From: Catajapyx aquilonaris
Taxonomy: Eukaryota
DNA: 64,000 bases
Direction of reading: 5' to 3'
Assembly: GCA_000934665.2 (NCBI GenBank)
Contig: KZ537969.1
Location: forward strand, 186,001-250,000
Position 1 is the stretch's first letter. Each line of letters starts with the position of its first letter. A program made the position numbers and the translations under genes. Of the stretch, positions 36,801 to 50,300 are shown piece by piece. The notes below the pieces were generated by a model that did no database searches, was not told the origin of the DNA, and worked only from the letters and a program-made list of their open reading frames with translations.

Positions 36801-39800
36801 TCGTTTCCAGTTCCCTTTGATCTTTTGTCAGGGCCTGACGTGCATGATAAGACACTTTGGCAAGCATGAAAACACAGGACAGTGTATCACAAACACGCAT
36901 ACTTCATTGCGGGTACAATGGACCATTTTTTTAGCTCTTCCTACCCATCATTTTTGCTAACAAGCCGCTTTGATACGACTAAAGCGACGATAACCTCGTG
37001 TCAAATATTGCGCAAAGTCATGTCCCGCAATTTTGCGGTACTGTCCACCATATGATGACTTATTGTGTGCGAAAACTTTTTCTTCCGTACACGTTTACCC
37101 ATTGGGCGAATTTATCCGCTTTCGAACCCAACAAAAGCCCGGGTGTTGTCTCGAAGACACTCATTTTCAGCATGGGGTCATCTCAGTCATCACATCCTTT
37201 CACTGACCCTCTTTGAAACTCCAGAGGGGTGCTGCTTCCTACTCATATTAATCGCTTAATTTTTCAACCGACCATTTGGCGCCGGTTCTTATTCTCACGT
37301 CATCGAGGTTTTTACCTTCGTCTCTTATCCATGTTTGACTCTACTGGGTCATTGCCGTATAGCAACGGCCACTTTACTGCCTTTTTGGCGTCAACTTCTC
37401 CTGTCATACGATCCATTCAAAGATGGAGTGGGTAATTTGGGTCTTGCTCGAGGGACTTTGCCCTACTTGTTTTTTTCTTTCTAGGTACTAACTTTTATTG
37501 TTCAACCAACACCCTAATAAAGCACTGATCGAATGGCGGCCACTGGATTTCCTGTGCTTGAGAAGAGCAAATAAATAAAAGCGCGGAAGCAGCCTAGAAG
37601 GGGGACGCTTCCACTTGAGGGCGCGTCTGTGCATAACTTTGGCGTGTTATGCACGCTTTCGAGGGCATGCAAGATGATGTCTTAAAAGGATGAAGGGGGG
37701 GGGGAAAGGACCCAACAGTAGTCTTCTCTAGGGTTTTTTGGCGTGTACAGTTAATCGAGGTGGAGTTTTTCGGAAGGTTCCCAGCAGCTTTTATCTCCTT
37801 GGTAGTGTCCCTGACCGTCAGCTAAATGAACAGACAGGTTGTCACCACACCCTAACACAGGCAGATTCTCCTAGATATTAAAACCACCTTTTTGTTCGGT
37901 ATAAGGCTAATCAAACTTACTGATCAGTACAGTGAAGATGTGGTCAGTTGTCACTAGCTATAATTTGTTGTTAATATTAACATTTTTGAGGGGCATCACC
38001 TATACCTATACTATACCTATACCTATACTCTATACATATGCCTATACTCTATACCTATGCCTATACTAGTGTGTACAAGCCGATGATGACCTTTTACCAG
38101 TTGCTGCCCACGCGCGTGATGGCTAAGCATAAACAAATCGGCCCAAGTGGACGTTGGTGGCTTGGCAGGACACAGATGCTGAGTTCACTTCCTCTGACTG
38201 GATCCAATCCCAGAAGCATGTGCCACCCACCATCCTAGAATCGATCCCCATCCCATTCAATTCATCCGGCATCCAGAATTGATTTGCCCCTGAGGGATGG
38301 GCGACTCCGCCCAAAAGAGATTCTCCTCTTGGTTTCTTCTTATAACCTAACCGCCTTGTCTATCTTTCGTGGGCAGGTTGCACACAATGAAGAAGGCAGC
38401 ACACGTCCTCCAACCTTGGGTTGAAGAGTCGCCCACGGGTAGGGCGGCCTTGGGTCTCTTTGTGCTGCTGGGTTGCTAGTCTTTTAGGCGGAAGTGTTCT
38501 GTTCATTCCACCATTCAATTCGCCTCGTTGACATCTCCAGGGTGTTGCCCACGCCCTGAGGATGGCCCTGATCTTGTCTGCACAACCAGGTAGCTCACCT
38601 CCATTTCCATTGACTTATGGAGATCTGGTACGGTGCAAAGGCCTGAACAGCCGATGTATTTATTAGCGGCGAAACTGCGACATCGACAAGCTGGCCGTGA
38701 AATGCGATTTAAACAGTGGTCGTGGACAAAGAAATAGTCTCTCGAGCATGCTCAGGGGCGAGGCTGGAGTTATCGATGGAATTTTGAATATCTCATTCTG
38801 GAAAGGGTTGTTCCTGCCCTCTTGTATTGTTTATGGGTCTGGTTTTTGTGTAGATAAGAGCCCATAAGCTACGAGATGACTCAATTTGGAACATGTCCTC
38901 AAGATGATAGTCATCGAGGCAGCGCCTGAAGAGCTATGTTCTGCATGAATTGAACACAGAATATGGGTCAAATACCATGTGGAAATTAATGTGAAAGCAA
39001 CAGGTCCATCCGGTCAGTCTGACATCCACAGGAAAACACGGCTGTCAAGGATGGCTGTTTTTGATGCTTTCATAATCCCTAAGAAAGTGCCTACTCATGG
39101 CGTAACCAGATTGGGCTTTTTGCTCATCAGAGACTGTCCTTGTCTTTGTCACTGTCGCATGTTGTAGGTTGACCGTCATCAGACTTGGGACCTGAAATCC
39201 ATCACACTTCATCGCGTGATTTCGTGACTCTTTGTGGGTACATCTGGGGACCTCCCACTGAGATGGTGAAGGCGAAAGTCATCATTGCCATCATCTTCTT
39301 CAGCTGCTTCGTCGGAGCATAAACTTTCCTTCTTCCTGTGTACCAGTCCCGTTGTGATGTTTAAAAAAATATATAGTTGCTAGTTTCACTTCCCCAATTG
39401 ACAGGTAATCGTCGTTTTTACTCCAAAAGTCAGCTTTCTCGGGGAAGAGGTCGCGTGCGGATAATCAAGCCTTCCATTCCGGCGGGCATCTTTCAAGGAG
39501 TGATGAAGAGACCTTCGAGTAGTCAAATCGGTTTCCCCTGGATCTTTTTTCGAAAACGTGGTGATGTCATCTGGGTGCTGCTTTCAAGGGCAGGGCGTTC
39601 AAGTAGGTGGCGGCGATGATTCAACCAACGTCTAGGCGCCAAAAACAGCGGAATTTTTGCATCGCACTTTGTGTCGCAAAATATAAGCCAACAGGTTTAG
39701 GAGAAGCAGGTGGAGTGACCTTCGCCTAAATGCTCCGGTTTGCCAAACAATGTTGGCTAGATGCAATTCGGTGTGAAATTGGCGCCTAATAGGTACCTAG

Positions 39801-42800
39801 TTAATTTGGGATAATTCATATCCGCAGGGTACTGAGTAAACGTTACATCAGATATTGTTTCCTTGCATAGAGTTGTTACATCACATTGCCATATACAGCT
39901 GGCTCGGCACAATACAATGACATTTATCAATTTATAATCATAGATATTAAAGAATATATATCTATAATATTTTAATTGGTTCACCGCATATTGTTGTTAC
40001 CGCGACGTTTCCTATTAGCCCAGTTCTGCGCCTGCGCAATTGTGTGGAGACAGCGCCTCTGGTGGATAGGAGGGGGAACTATCAATTCGTTAGTTTATTT
40101 ATATTATCAGGTACCAACTGGAACGAGGGTTAGTGACCTGCTGACATTTGCACACTGCGACTTGTATTTCGTGCCCAGTTTGTTCCCACTTATTCGCCCC
40201 CATCACAGTACAGGTTAATAACTTGCGACCCTTCCAGCCCCTTGGGGTCAACCGAGTTGCACTACACGTCCAAACGTAATGGTAGACCTTTCGTCAGTAA
40301 TGTGACGTCCTCTTCAACTACCGAATCTTGCTCAGCAGCTTCCAGCAAAAATGTTAGTTGAACGTATACTAGCACCTTGACTCATTCCATCCACGTTTTG
40401 TTCCTGCCAAACCTATTACACTTTAAAATGGGCCCTTACCCTCGGATCATAAATCCTGGTGGCCAGCAATTTCATGTGTGGGCTTTCCTCCTCCGCGGTG
40501 TGCATTGCGAACTCCACCGATTATTAACCCGCTATACGCACCTGTTAGCGCTCCGGGTAATAACCCTACACTTCACTCCCTCAAAAAAAATTAATACAAG
40601 AATTTTCACTTGGAAAACGACCACACACGGCAAGGCACGTGAAGAATATATTGTGCAAAGTTGCTCCCTTTGAATGAACCAATTTATGCTGAAAGGAAGG
40701 CTTGTATAGACAAAAGACCTCACGAGGAAGCAGCGTCCTAATCACGGTTCCTTTTATTATTATTAGTATTATCGGAGCATCCGGTCCTGAGGCATGATTA
40801 CGTGTATGACTTTCACTGAATTCATTACGATTGCTTGTGCCATTCTATCTGCCGTAGGTTGGTGCTGCTCCATCTCGAGGCGATCACGAAATGGGAACCT
40901 ACTTGGCATCCAGCCCTCTCCAGTCCATCACATCAGTAACCAAGGACCTTCATCACAGGGCGCAAATCGTTGGATAATCATTGACACTATTTACAACTAA
41001 ATTTTTGTGTATGTCAATTTTGCGTTTATCACAGGTGGTATGTTTCATATGTCGATATCGTGATCACACATACCGGTAGCACCGACACTCTTATATGCAT
41101 ATGTGTCGATGAGGGGGGCCCAACCTTGGACCTGCATGTGTGCCATGGCCTGCTGTACACGTACGGTGAGGTACACCTTAACCCTGTTTATTTACAAAGG
41201 GGCAGGTGGGTGTCACTCGTGGGTTTTGCATACGCCACCAAAATGCTCGAATAAACTAGAGCAGGCATATTCTGAAGCAGAGAAAGGCGTTGCCATTTGC
41301 ACCGGGGTTTTTAAGACGCCGCCGCCAAGACACAGGCCAGACGTACACATCAATCAACCGGAAAAAAAATTTGCATACGCATTCCTGGGCCTGTGCACGA
41401 ATCGAAACACCCGCGGGGGTGTCAGGAATGTCAACGCTTAATAAAAAGTATTGGCAGCCAGCCCTTCGACGTCAGTGGTCATCGCATTCCTTCCTTGCTA
41501 ATAGACATTGCATAAACAGACCGGAACAGGTTCTAAATTCGCTGAACCTGGATTTATGTGCATGATCATAATTATTATGACACCTGGCAAATTGCTATTG
41601 AAAGCCCTTCGAAATTGATGGAGCTTGTTGCACACAAAAAAGGGACTGTCAGGTTCAAATTGGTGCCGCCAGCCCATAGCTATTAATCACATTTTGGTCT
41701 GGGCTGTAAATCACGACGAATCTTCGTACATATGCATCCAAGGCAGGAAATCGTCAATGAAATCTCAAGTAGTCGTTATATGTTTATGTGCATTTCTACC
41801 CCTCAGTCGCAACCCCCTTTTTTCCCCTGATTCAATTGGAGGCAAAGAAACAGTGTGACCCTTTACCAAGGACATTGCCATTGAACTGATTACAAAGGGG
41901 TCAGTGGTCAGTTGCATGAGACGACGCAAAGTCTGGCCAAAAAGACAGAGAATGTCACCCATTGAAAAATTGTCACAAACATGGCCTATTTTTAGGGTCT
42001 GGGACACTACTTTTACCAACCTTGGTTGGCGCCAACGTGCTGTTCGACTTACACGATTCACTTATAATGGAAACGTCTTATATGCTACACGTACAGCACA
42101 TTCCGCTTCTTGCCCCCAAGGTTCAAGCATGGGAAATAATGGCCACGGGTTTCTTTTGATATATCCTTGTAACACTCATATCTCTTTGCTCCAAATATGG
42201 AATAAATGGCCCATGAACATATCGATACATGCAACTACTTTCACTTCCAAGAAGTGTCTCTCTCGTGTGTCGTATTTTTTTCTGGTTCAAAATGTCAGAT
42301 TGCCCTCGGGTAATTCTTGTGCATTGTTTCAAAGTCATTTTTGATTATTGTTGTGTATCTTATCTTGGAATCGGACTGTCCAAAATCTGTCTTTCACATA
42401 ATAAGCCGCAGCGGTATCTTCTATGCTAAGAAATGTTTTTTTGAGAACCGCTAATGTTTTTTTTCTGACATTTTTTGTCCCACCCGCACCCCTAACAAGG
42501 CTGAGACTCCTCGACATGGAGGATGTGCATGATAATGGCCTCCCGCTGGAATGAATCAGTAGGGAAAAAAAAAGTTAAAAGTGATTTCCAAAAGACATCT
42601 GTACTCCCTTTTTGTGTTTGCACAAAGCGTGACAAAAAGCTGACATTGATACTGGCAGCTCACATTTTAGTACAAAAAAGACGAAAATTGTTATTTAAAA
42701 AAGTCATTATTGTGAATATTTCACTTGTAAGCAATAAATGTTGAGTTTAAACTATACGTATAATGTAGTTCCACTTTCCACCAACCAGAGGCGCTGCCTC

Positions 42801-45800
42801 CCCATTGCGCATGCGCAGAACGGTGACTGACTCCTACACTACATCTTTGAAATCCAACCATTTGTTCCACTGGCAGAATATGACATATCAATATTTCGTC
42901 CATAATACCCCCCTATTAATTCAACACCAGCAGATACCCACAGGTATGACAGCCCCATTCATAACGGCCTTTAGCCTAAGAAAAATTTAAATATGGCGCA
43001 TGTTGCATTCATTTTTCAACGCGATTACACCTACAATATGAGTTATAGGTAACGCCTTTGTGCCTATTGCCGCCATTAGTTTGCGGTAGAGCCTTCTGAT
43101 GGCCTCCCGTGGACAAAAGCACTTGGTCCGAAGATTTATCGCGATGCCAGCTTCTACACACCGGACCAAATTTGTCATCAGTTCGAAGAACCAGGGCAGG
43201 TATCAGTAACATGTCGATGACCTCACACTTTTTTTGATATGAACCGCCATCAATCTCAAGTCCGCGACGTATGACGTCACCTACTGATGCGCAGTGTGTC
43301 CCTCGCCTTTGATTGCAAGGTGGGTGCAGCCAGCCCAAATTTACTACTTCCCCGCCATCTTTCTCGGGACACGCGCCCTTACTCAAAAAGTGATAAATGT
43401 GCCTCCCAGGCCATATCCGCAAAGGCGCATCCCCTGGTGATTATTGCGTCATTTTTTTTCCATGTTCACACCCAACAGGCGGCGTATAGAAACGACTGGT
43501 TTTGGATGTGTTTCGCATGCACTACATTTTATGAAACACTATTTCGCACTTGGCGGTTCATGAGTTATGTTCCGAGCGTCCTTGTACACCGCGGCACCGT
43601 GGTCCGGTTCACTAGCCCTAAAAGGACACTGCATCTGATTGTAGTTTTTGATCCTTTACTCAGACCTGGGACATTTTAAAAAAAATTTAAGGAGTGGAAA
43701 ATGCCAAAGACGTATTTATAAGTAAACAACGCACCTGTTTCGCTGGCCTTTGCCTTTTGTTTTCCAACTATTCATGTAAATAATGTCATCAAAAATATAC
43801 GAGTCTTCCTTACATGACTCTACCATAACCATTAACACTTTAAGCACCTCGCATGTAAATATTGTGCAGCTTCCACATATTATTTTGTTCACGTGCTCCC
43901 AGTACAAGCTATGCTTATTTTCCATGTGAAAATAATTTCATCCACCCTATTCATAACATCCATATGGATATTTTTCTATGAGGTTGTTGTTGTTGTTATC
44001 ATCATTGCTGCATGGTCGGAACCTTTTAAAATATACGCCCGCTAATTTGCGCGACGCTAATCTGTTAATTCGCGAATGTGTCGATGGTGCGTGTCCTGCA
44101 CCATGGAGTGCGATAATGTACGGTGTGCGGCGGTTCTTTGTCTTCAGCAGTCGGAGGAGGATGGTCAGAATCCAGTTTGCGCGGGTCCCTCTCGTAAAGC
44201 ATGTAATTCCCCGCTGTTTGGCAAACCCGTGGCAAGAAAGTGTCACGTGGTGTCATTCATCATGGCCGCACCCAGCAGCCACCAGAATGAAAATGCCTTG
44301 GCCAGCCAGAAACCCTTCGCTGTTGCGCCAATCCCCCACCAAAAAAAACCGGTCCTTCTCTTTTTGTCTCAACAGTACATATACACAGGAGGAGGCGACG
44401 CACCCAACTCACCGAAGGGGGCATCGTCATATCTTGTAGAAACGGATGCCGTCCTTCGGGTGCGATGCCCATTTGGCCAAAGAAGGGACACAGATCGCAC
44501 TCGTAAATTAAAAGAGGAGGGACGCCTCGTTTTAATGCGCCCAGTCCAGAGGGTTGTCGCCCCTTTTTTTTTTTTTTTTTTTTTTGAACCAATGTGTACT
44601 GGTCACGCTGCTAAATGGTGGACAAACCTGTTGAAACTGAGACCACTCCGGCTGTATCTTTTGCGGACAAAGCTGATCTGATATAGAAGGTGTTGTGCGA
44701 TATTATCCAAATCTGGACAAACAAACGATATTTCGTTTCTGCGCCTGCGCAATAGGCGGGAAACAGCGCCTCTGGTGGACCACGAGGAGGAACTACTCTT
44801 TTAAAAAAATTTCAGTGACCATAAAACGTGGTAACTTCGAAATGAGACGTTGAACCTACATTTCCGTCTCCAGTTGCTTCAGAGCTCAATTTTAGGGCTA
44901 GTTAATAGGGGGGTTTGGAGCATCGGCGTCCATCAGTGATTCCATGTAGGTACGTTGGTAATGGTCGCCAAAAGACATGTGCTCGGCTTGTTTACAGCGA
45001 TACCGAGAGTTCAAGGTTTCCGGGCCGCGAAAGCCAGGGTCGGCAACGCCTCTTATTTGACAATTAAAGCTAATGATCCGGAACCAGGGTGGCCATCAAA
45101 AAGTGGTCATGGCAGAAGGTGGAGGAGGATAGGAGAGTTGGTGGAGGGGGGGTAACCATAAATGGGCTGTCATGTTGGCTGTCCTCTCAGGACACCACTC
45201 GTGTCACGAGATTTGTTTGCCTGCCTCTTCGCAATAACCACCGAGGAATCCTCTCCATAATGCACGTGTCATGCTGGGGGCTGCCCTATCAGAATGTTAC
45301 CTACAAGCCACGTGTTTTGGTTTTTGTCCAGTCTTTCGGCGCCTAAATTCATCAGAAGTCGAATGTATGCAAATTCGCAGAAGACTATTGCGCAATTATT
45401 CTGTCTACATGTTACGTAAGTTGCTTCTGGCTAAAATGTTGTTAGGCCAGAATTACATATTTTTTAAAATTTTATATGTAAATAAGTGCATATTTTTTTT
45501 TGTATGTAAACTATGAGGAAAATTCCGCATTTTTTTTTACATCAGCACACGTGGCGTGGAATCAACAGGTTAGTCCTACCTGAAAATCCAGATGCTCATC
45601 CAAGATAAATAATGAACGTACCCACACTATGTCACGCGCTTTATCACGGAGGGCAATTAGTCCGATATTTGATACGCGCAGAAAACCGACTCGTGCCGTA
45701 GTCACGTCGCAAAACAAGACAACACAACGTCTTTTTCTTATGCCTTGTAGCAATTCATTCACTTTTGGGACAATGTAAGTTTTGGAGGAGTCAGAAAGAT

Positions 45801-47073
45801 TTGGATTCTTATCTACTTTCTTGGTGGTCTGGAAGAAAGGTGGTGTTTCCATCGGGAATTGCAGCCTGGGAGTGGTCCACAACACCACGAACCAAGGTTC
45901 TCTCTCTATCTCTATCCTCTCTTTTCTCTTAGAGTTCCGGGTACAATACATCAAGGGAGATTTAATGGTCTCCGCCTTAATTCTTTTCTCCCCAAGCGGT
46001 GTCTCTTTTCTCTTCAGCACTCGGCGCGGTCATTTTGCATATGTGACTTACAAATTAATTGAGTGTAATGTAGCTTTCTCGTATTAACTGATTACTCCTA
46101 GAAAGCGCGTGTATATATACGCGCTTTCTAGGAGTAATCAGTTAGTACGAGTCAGCATAATAATAGTCAGAACCTGTCGAATGTTGATGGAGTTATTATA
46201 TCTGGTGATAAGCTGGGAGGGAGAAAATATCAAGACTTGATGAAACCAGTTATTTTTTTCTTATAGCAGAGGGGAAATTATTGTTAATTTTATTAACAAC
46301 CATGAGAAATTATTTTCTGCGTATTGAGACACACCTGCGTATCACTGCTATTGGCAATGTCAAGAGCTATTTCCTTCTGTAGAACGCGTATTTTTAGACG
46401 ATATTGCTCCAAGGTATGAAAAAGTGGTAAACAATGCATCACATAGTCAAGTCTAATTGCTTGTCGTTATAAATTTTGTACGCATGTCACGAGTAAATTA
46501 TTTTTGAGGCCAGCTATTAGGTATTTATAATCTGCATTGTACTCTACTATATCACAGCTGCGCAAATAATCAACACTGTACAGAATACAGTACCTTAATA
46601 TAATTAATATTCAAATTATTTCATTAAATTACGCAAATATTTAAAGCAGGTTCTTGCAAAAGCATCTTGAAAATTTCAAAGCCGCTTTGATTTAAAAAAA
46701 ACACTGATCAAAAATCGTGTGCCTTTTTGTATGGACCCCGCGGTACAGGTGTGGCCTTTTAACTGAATATCCCGCAGTGATTTGCGCAAGGACTTGCGTA
46801 CAAATGATCCATTAAAAATCAGTAAATATTCTGTCCCAGTACACACAGCACGAGCTATGCTCAGCACGCAAGCAACTGTTACATATTTTTTTCCTGCCCA
46901 CTAATTGGATGTCAATGCATATTATAAAAGGCGGTGCATTTTGCACTATAGAGGGCCATAGTCTGAAATATTTTGTCACATGCATATAAACAATGATTTA
47001 ACTCACCTCCAGCAAGCTTTGAAGTGTACTCCTTGTTCTCCACAATGTAGTCCAAACCGATCCTGGAATCCAT
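21849..47073 (-). CDS. form3: Inverted-formin family protein (form3/INF2/FHDC1-like), about 1951 aa, 23 coding exons: 47073-47007, 33710-33595, 33509-33350, 33131-33098, 32444-32300, 32242-31625, 30806-30579, 29707-29646, 27961-27773, 27692-27592, 27531-27461, 27392-27285, 27179-27109, 27047-26921, 26693-26435, 26366-26254, 26195-26036, 25978-25784, 25685-25463, 24885-24755, 24663-24365, 24286-23609, 23549-21849
   Basis: DID/FH3 ([39 protein letters not shown]), poly-Pro FH1, FH2 ([59 protein letters not shown]), DAD-like [12 protein letters not shown], and a long Ser/Arg-rich tail with [11 protein letters not shown]. All exon phases are consistent (5856 nt). Confidence 0.93.
37999..38066. 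repeat. Imperfect (CCTATA)n microsatellite
   Basis: cctatacctatactatacctatacctatactctatacatatgcctatac... Confidence 0.9.
38980..39340 (-). mobile_element. Highly degenerate non-LTR retrotransposon (RTE/L2-like) APE endonuclease remnant
   Basis: Minus-strand fragments VYAPT (39324-39310), then a frameshifted acidic EAAEEDD..DDF, and ILDSRVF..DVxTD..LLLS (39052-39000), in the order expected for LINE APE motifs. Many stops and frameshifts. Confidence 0.45.
40024..40081 (+). repeat. Dispersed about 58-bp NRF1-like + CTCF-like module
   Basis: ttctgcgcctgcgcaat-N10-cagcgcctctggtgga-N10-aacta. Confidence 0.8.
42766..42820 (-). repeat. Dispersed NRF1-like + CTCF-like module (inverted copy)
   Basis: Reverse complement ttctgcgcatgcgcaat-ggggagg-cagcgcctctggttggtggaaagtgg-aacta. 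Confidence 0.8.
44737..44795 (+). repeat. Dispersed NRF1-like + CTCF-like module
   Basis: ttctgcgcctgcgcaat-N10-cagcgcctctggtgga-N11-aacta. Confidence 0.8.
46078..46151. repeat. 74-bp near-perfect spacerless palindrome
   Basis: ctcgtattaactgattactcctagaaagcgcgtgtat|atatacgcgctttctaggagtaatcagttagtacgag, with two G/T mismatches. Confidence 0.92.
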
Positions 47074-47316
47074 ATTGACACAGCTTCACACCCCCAAATA
47101 GCACTCAAAAACCTTCTTCTCAACACACTCTCAGCATATCCGGGTTCCTTTGCATATGATCCCAGCATCCATATTTGACCCAGCCTTCCCACTTCTTCAG
47201 CGGGGGCGTCCAATAGGCACCAATAACGGTCAGATGTTGAAGTAAGGTTAGGGAAACAGGTACTCTCAGATGTTACTCCACGTGCTGGACCATGGCACGT
47301 CCTCCAGCAGCTTCAT
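47074..47316 (-). other. form3: 5' UTR portion of the formin start exon, containing multiple uORFs
   Basis: ttttacag acceptor at 47317-47318 (minus strand). Several upstream ATGs, and an in-frame TGA five codons before the MDSR start. Confidence 0.65.
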
Positions 47317-50300
47317 CTGTAAAATAACAAAGCATGCTATCCATCAGCTTCTGCCGGATTCCTCATGCTGTGCCAACCTGTTTCGGTGGCCATACCGGTG
47401 GACATGACCGCTACCGGTCACTAGGTTTATGACTGGCATTGGACCGTGGGTAAAACGAATGTACTGTCATTTAAAAAAAATGAGAGCAGAATCGAAAATC
47501 GCGAGAATCGTTTGACACCTGCTGATAAATCGATTTTAAAAACCTGACTTGCAAGGGCTTATGCAATTGAGAGTGTTTATTGCCTTGATGGCAAAGCGGT
47601 TGTTTATAGTTGGATTTACGAGTGGCCAGATTATACGAGAAGTTTTGATGAGGATCTGGGCGCCCATTTTTTCGCCTAGAAAGCTCGTTAGTGCTTATTC
47701 CGTGATTTGCAAAATAGTGGGTTGCTTGAGTTGAAATCTTGGCAGACACGTTTCCTTTGTAGGGTCCAAGGAAATGTCTGCCTTCCTTATTTTTACCTTA
47801 CCCTCACGCAATGAGCCATAAACAGTGTTATTTGGAGAGCACGGAAACACTTCTTTTTTTTCAACTCACTTTAAGAGACGAATATTTTTGCATAATGTCG
47901 AGCAATCTGGCCTCTCAAGGTAGCCTGGTTGAGCAAAGTGGAGCGCTAGCTGGGCAAGGTTTAAGGGCCAAGTTGGAACCGATCATGAGATATGGGTGTT
48001 AATAAGGTCAAATCCACGTCACAATGCCTGACTCACCCGATTTTAAAAGGTTAACAATCAGCCTAAGTGGACCACCCATATTGCAATTATCGATACAATT
48101 TTTTTGGTGTATATATATATTTATAAAAAAAAGATCGGGGGGTCTCACGCCCTATGTGACCTCCCAAGAAGTCGTGTGAAAGAAAAATTCTGGGGATATC
48201 CCTATGGTAATCCGGTCTGTTTATTGTTAGATAAGGCTCCTTCCTGCATCCAACACAACACGTTGACTCATATAATGTACCTTATTCACTAGCTCTCTGT
48301 AATCTTGAAAGGCGTGGGATGTGGTGGGGTGGAAGGGAGGTCACAGCAGTTGCCACTTGCATCGCTTCGTCATTAAGTGGGTTCTGGGTATCAAGTGACA
48401 CTGCTTGGTCTGGCCTCTTATGCTGCTTTGAAACTTTCGCTTTATAATATACATGCGACCTATTAATCTTTCTGGCCCCCTTCTAAGTTGAGGCTAATTT
48501 GTACTAATGTCCAAATTTTGATATCGAATTAAATTTTTTTTGTGTGCATTAAGAATGGTGTGTGTTCTACTCATGCAAATGGGTGGGGTTTGACATTTCT
48601 TGTGTCATAAAAATGTCACGGAATGAGGCAAGATTGAAGATCAACGGACGTCGAAAAAAACTAGCAGGTTTTTTCTGTGTAACCAGTTAGTTAAATGAGA
48701 CGAGTCGTCAAAAAAAAGAGGAGTTAGTTTCCAGGTTTTTCGTCACGAATTCCATTATTTTGATCAGTCCTCTGTTTTTTTTTACTTGGCATTTCGATGA
48801 TTTTAATGAGCTGAAAATATTCCAGAAAATTCGTATAAAGCCCAAAGTATTTTACAACCATTGACACTATTAATGGAGTCGGTGGCGTTATTGCGTCAAG
48901 AGTCTAATTAGGATAATTATTTCCTGACAACTTCCCCCTTCTCCGCAATCTAGTGTTGGGGTGCGATGAACCCTCCTGTTCGCTTCAAGAAAAACCTCTG
49001 ACATCACCCCCAAACCCGCACATGCGAACACAACCAAAGTGTCCTAATCACGATTCTGCTCGACCCACCAACCAAGACTCGCTCATTACCACAGCCTTGC
49101 AAGGAAATCTAACCTTTAAAAAAAAAATGGTCGGAAGAACCAGGAGGATTTTCTCCTCCAGCCACGAGGCATCAGATGACTCACAGATCATCTCCATCAC
49201 GAAACAGACACATCTTCACGAAAGGACCCACCCAAATATCCAGTGATGAAAGAGTTGCACCAACTGACAGTTAAAAATAATCAGTTGATTTCGTTATAAT
49301 GCAACATGTACGCGGTTGGCATTATAGTAACCAGAAGCTGCAATATGCAGCTGTAAATTGAAATTTGTGGCCCAAGTTATTTACCGCTTGTCATCGCGTC
49401 AACAGGGCTAACTAATAAGTTGTTTGGAAGCCTGTGCAACAAGGGTCTAAGTGCCCGGATTCATGGGAGGAACTTGTTGTTAGCTACCTGCTGCGGTTGG
49501 GATGACTTTTTTTGAAGCTGAGATCTACGGATAGTAAACCCACCGATATAATTGGTTGTTCGTGGCAGACACTTTCACTGACTCACCATGGGTGAGAAAG
49601 CGATTACACAACTAGCGTCGTGTCCATCGTGCGTGTGTTTACACGCACCAAAAGACATATAATTAACACCTGTTAATTGCTGCCAGACCCTTCAATTAAA
49701 AAGAGACCCATCCTCAGGCTGACATATAAATAAAACTGGTGGACTCACCAAGACCACCGGTTTGAAACTGTCGCTGGTCACTCATCGAGACACTTGGGCT
49801 GGACCAGTAATTAATATGCACTAATCAGGGACTCTGGGATGCGTCTCACAGACACGGTAGATTATATCAAAAAAATTATGCGTTCCGAATCCATGTCACG
49901 TCCTCCATGATGAAACGGCTTTCCATTACCCCTTTTTTTCTTCGGTGCCGCGGCTCCTCGTTATTGGGGCCACTTATGCACTGTACCCCCGATTTGCATT
50001 CTATATGAAAATTGTCAACATCAAAAATTGTCCAAATATCTGTAATGGCAATATTACCAAATAGTGGACCGGGTTCAGTTACCATGTGAATGCCCCCTTG
50101 TTTTTCTTGCGTAAAAAGTGAATTTGTGACAGGACGTGTACAGGTCCAAATTAGGAGACACGAGCACACTTCCCTCCCTAATAAAAACAGGGGATTTGCG
50201 ACCTGCCGAGAGAGGTTATTGTCGCAGGTGTGAGGACATCTCCCCACAACAGGTTGAGGAGCGGCTATAGCCATCCCCAGCTAATTGCCAGCCCACAAAT

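Noticed and set aside
43947..44681. Overlapping ORFs of 99-201 aa in the formin intron
   Set aside because: No domain similarity or splice structure. Explained by local GC richness.
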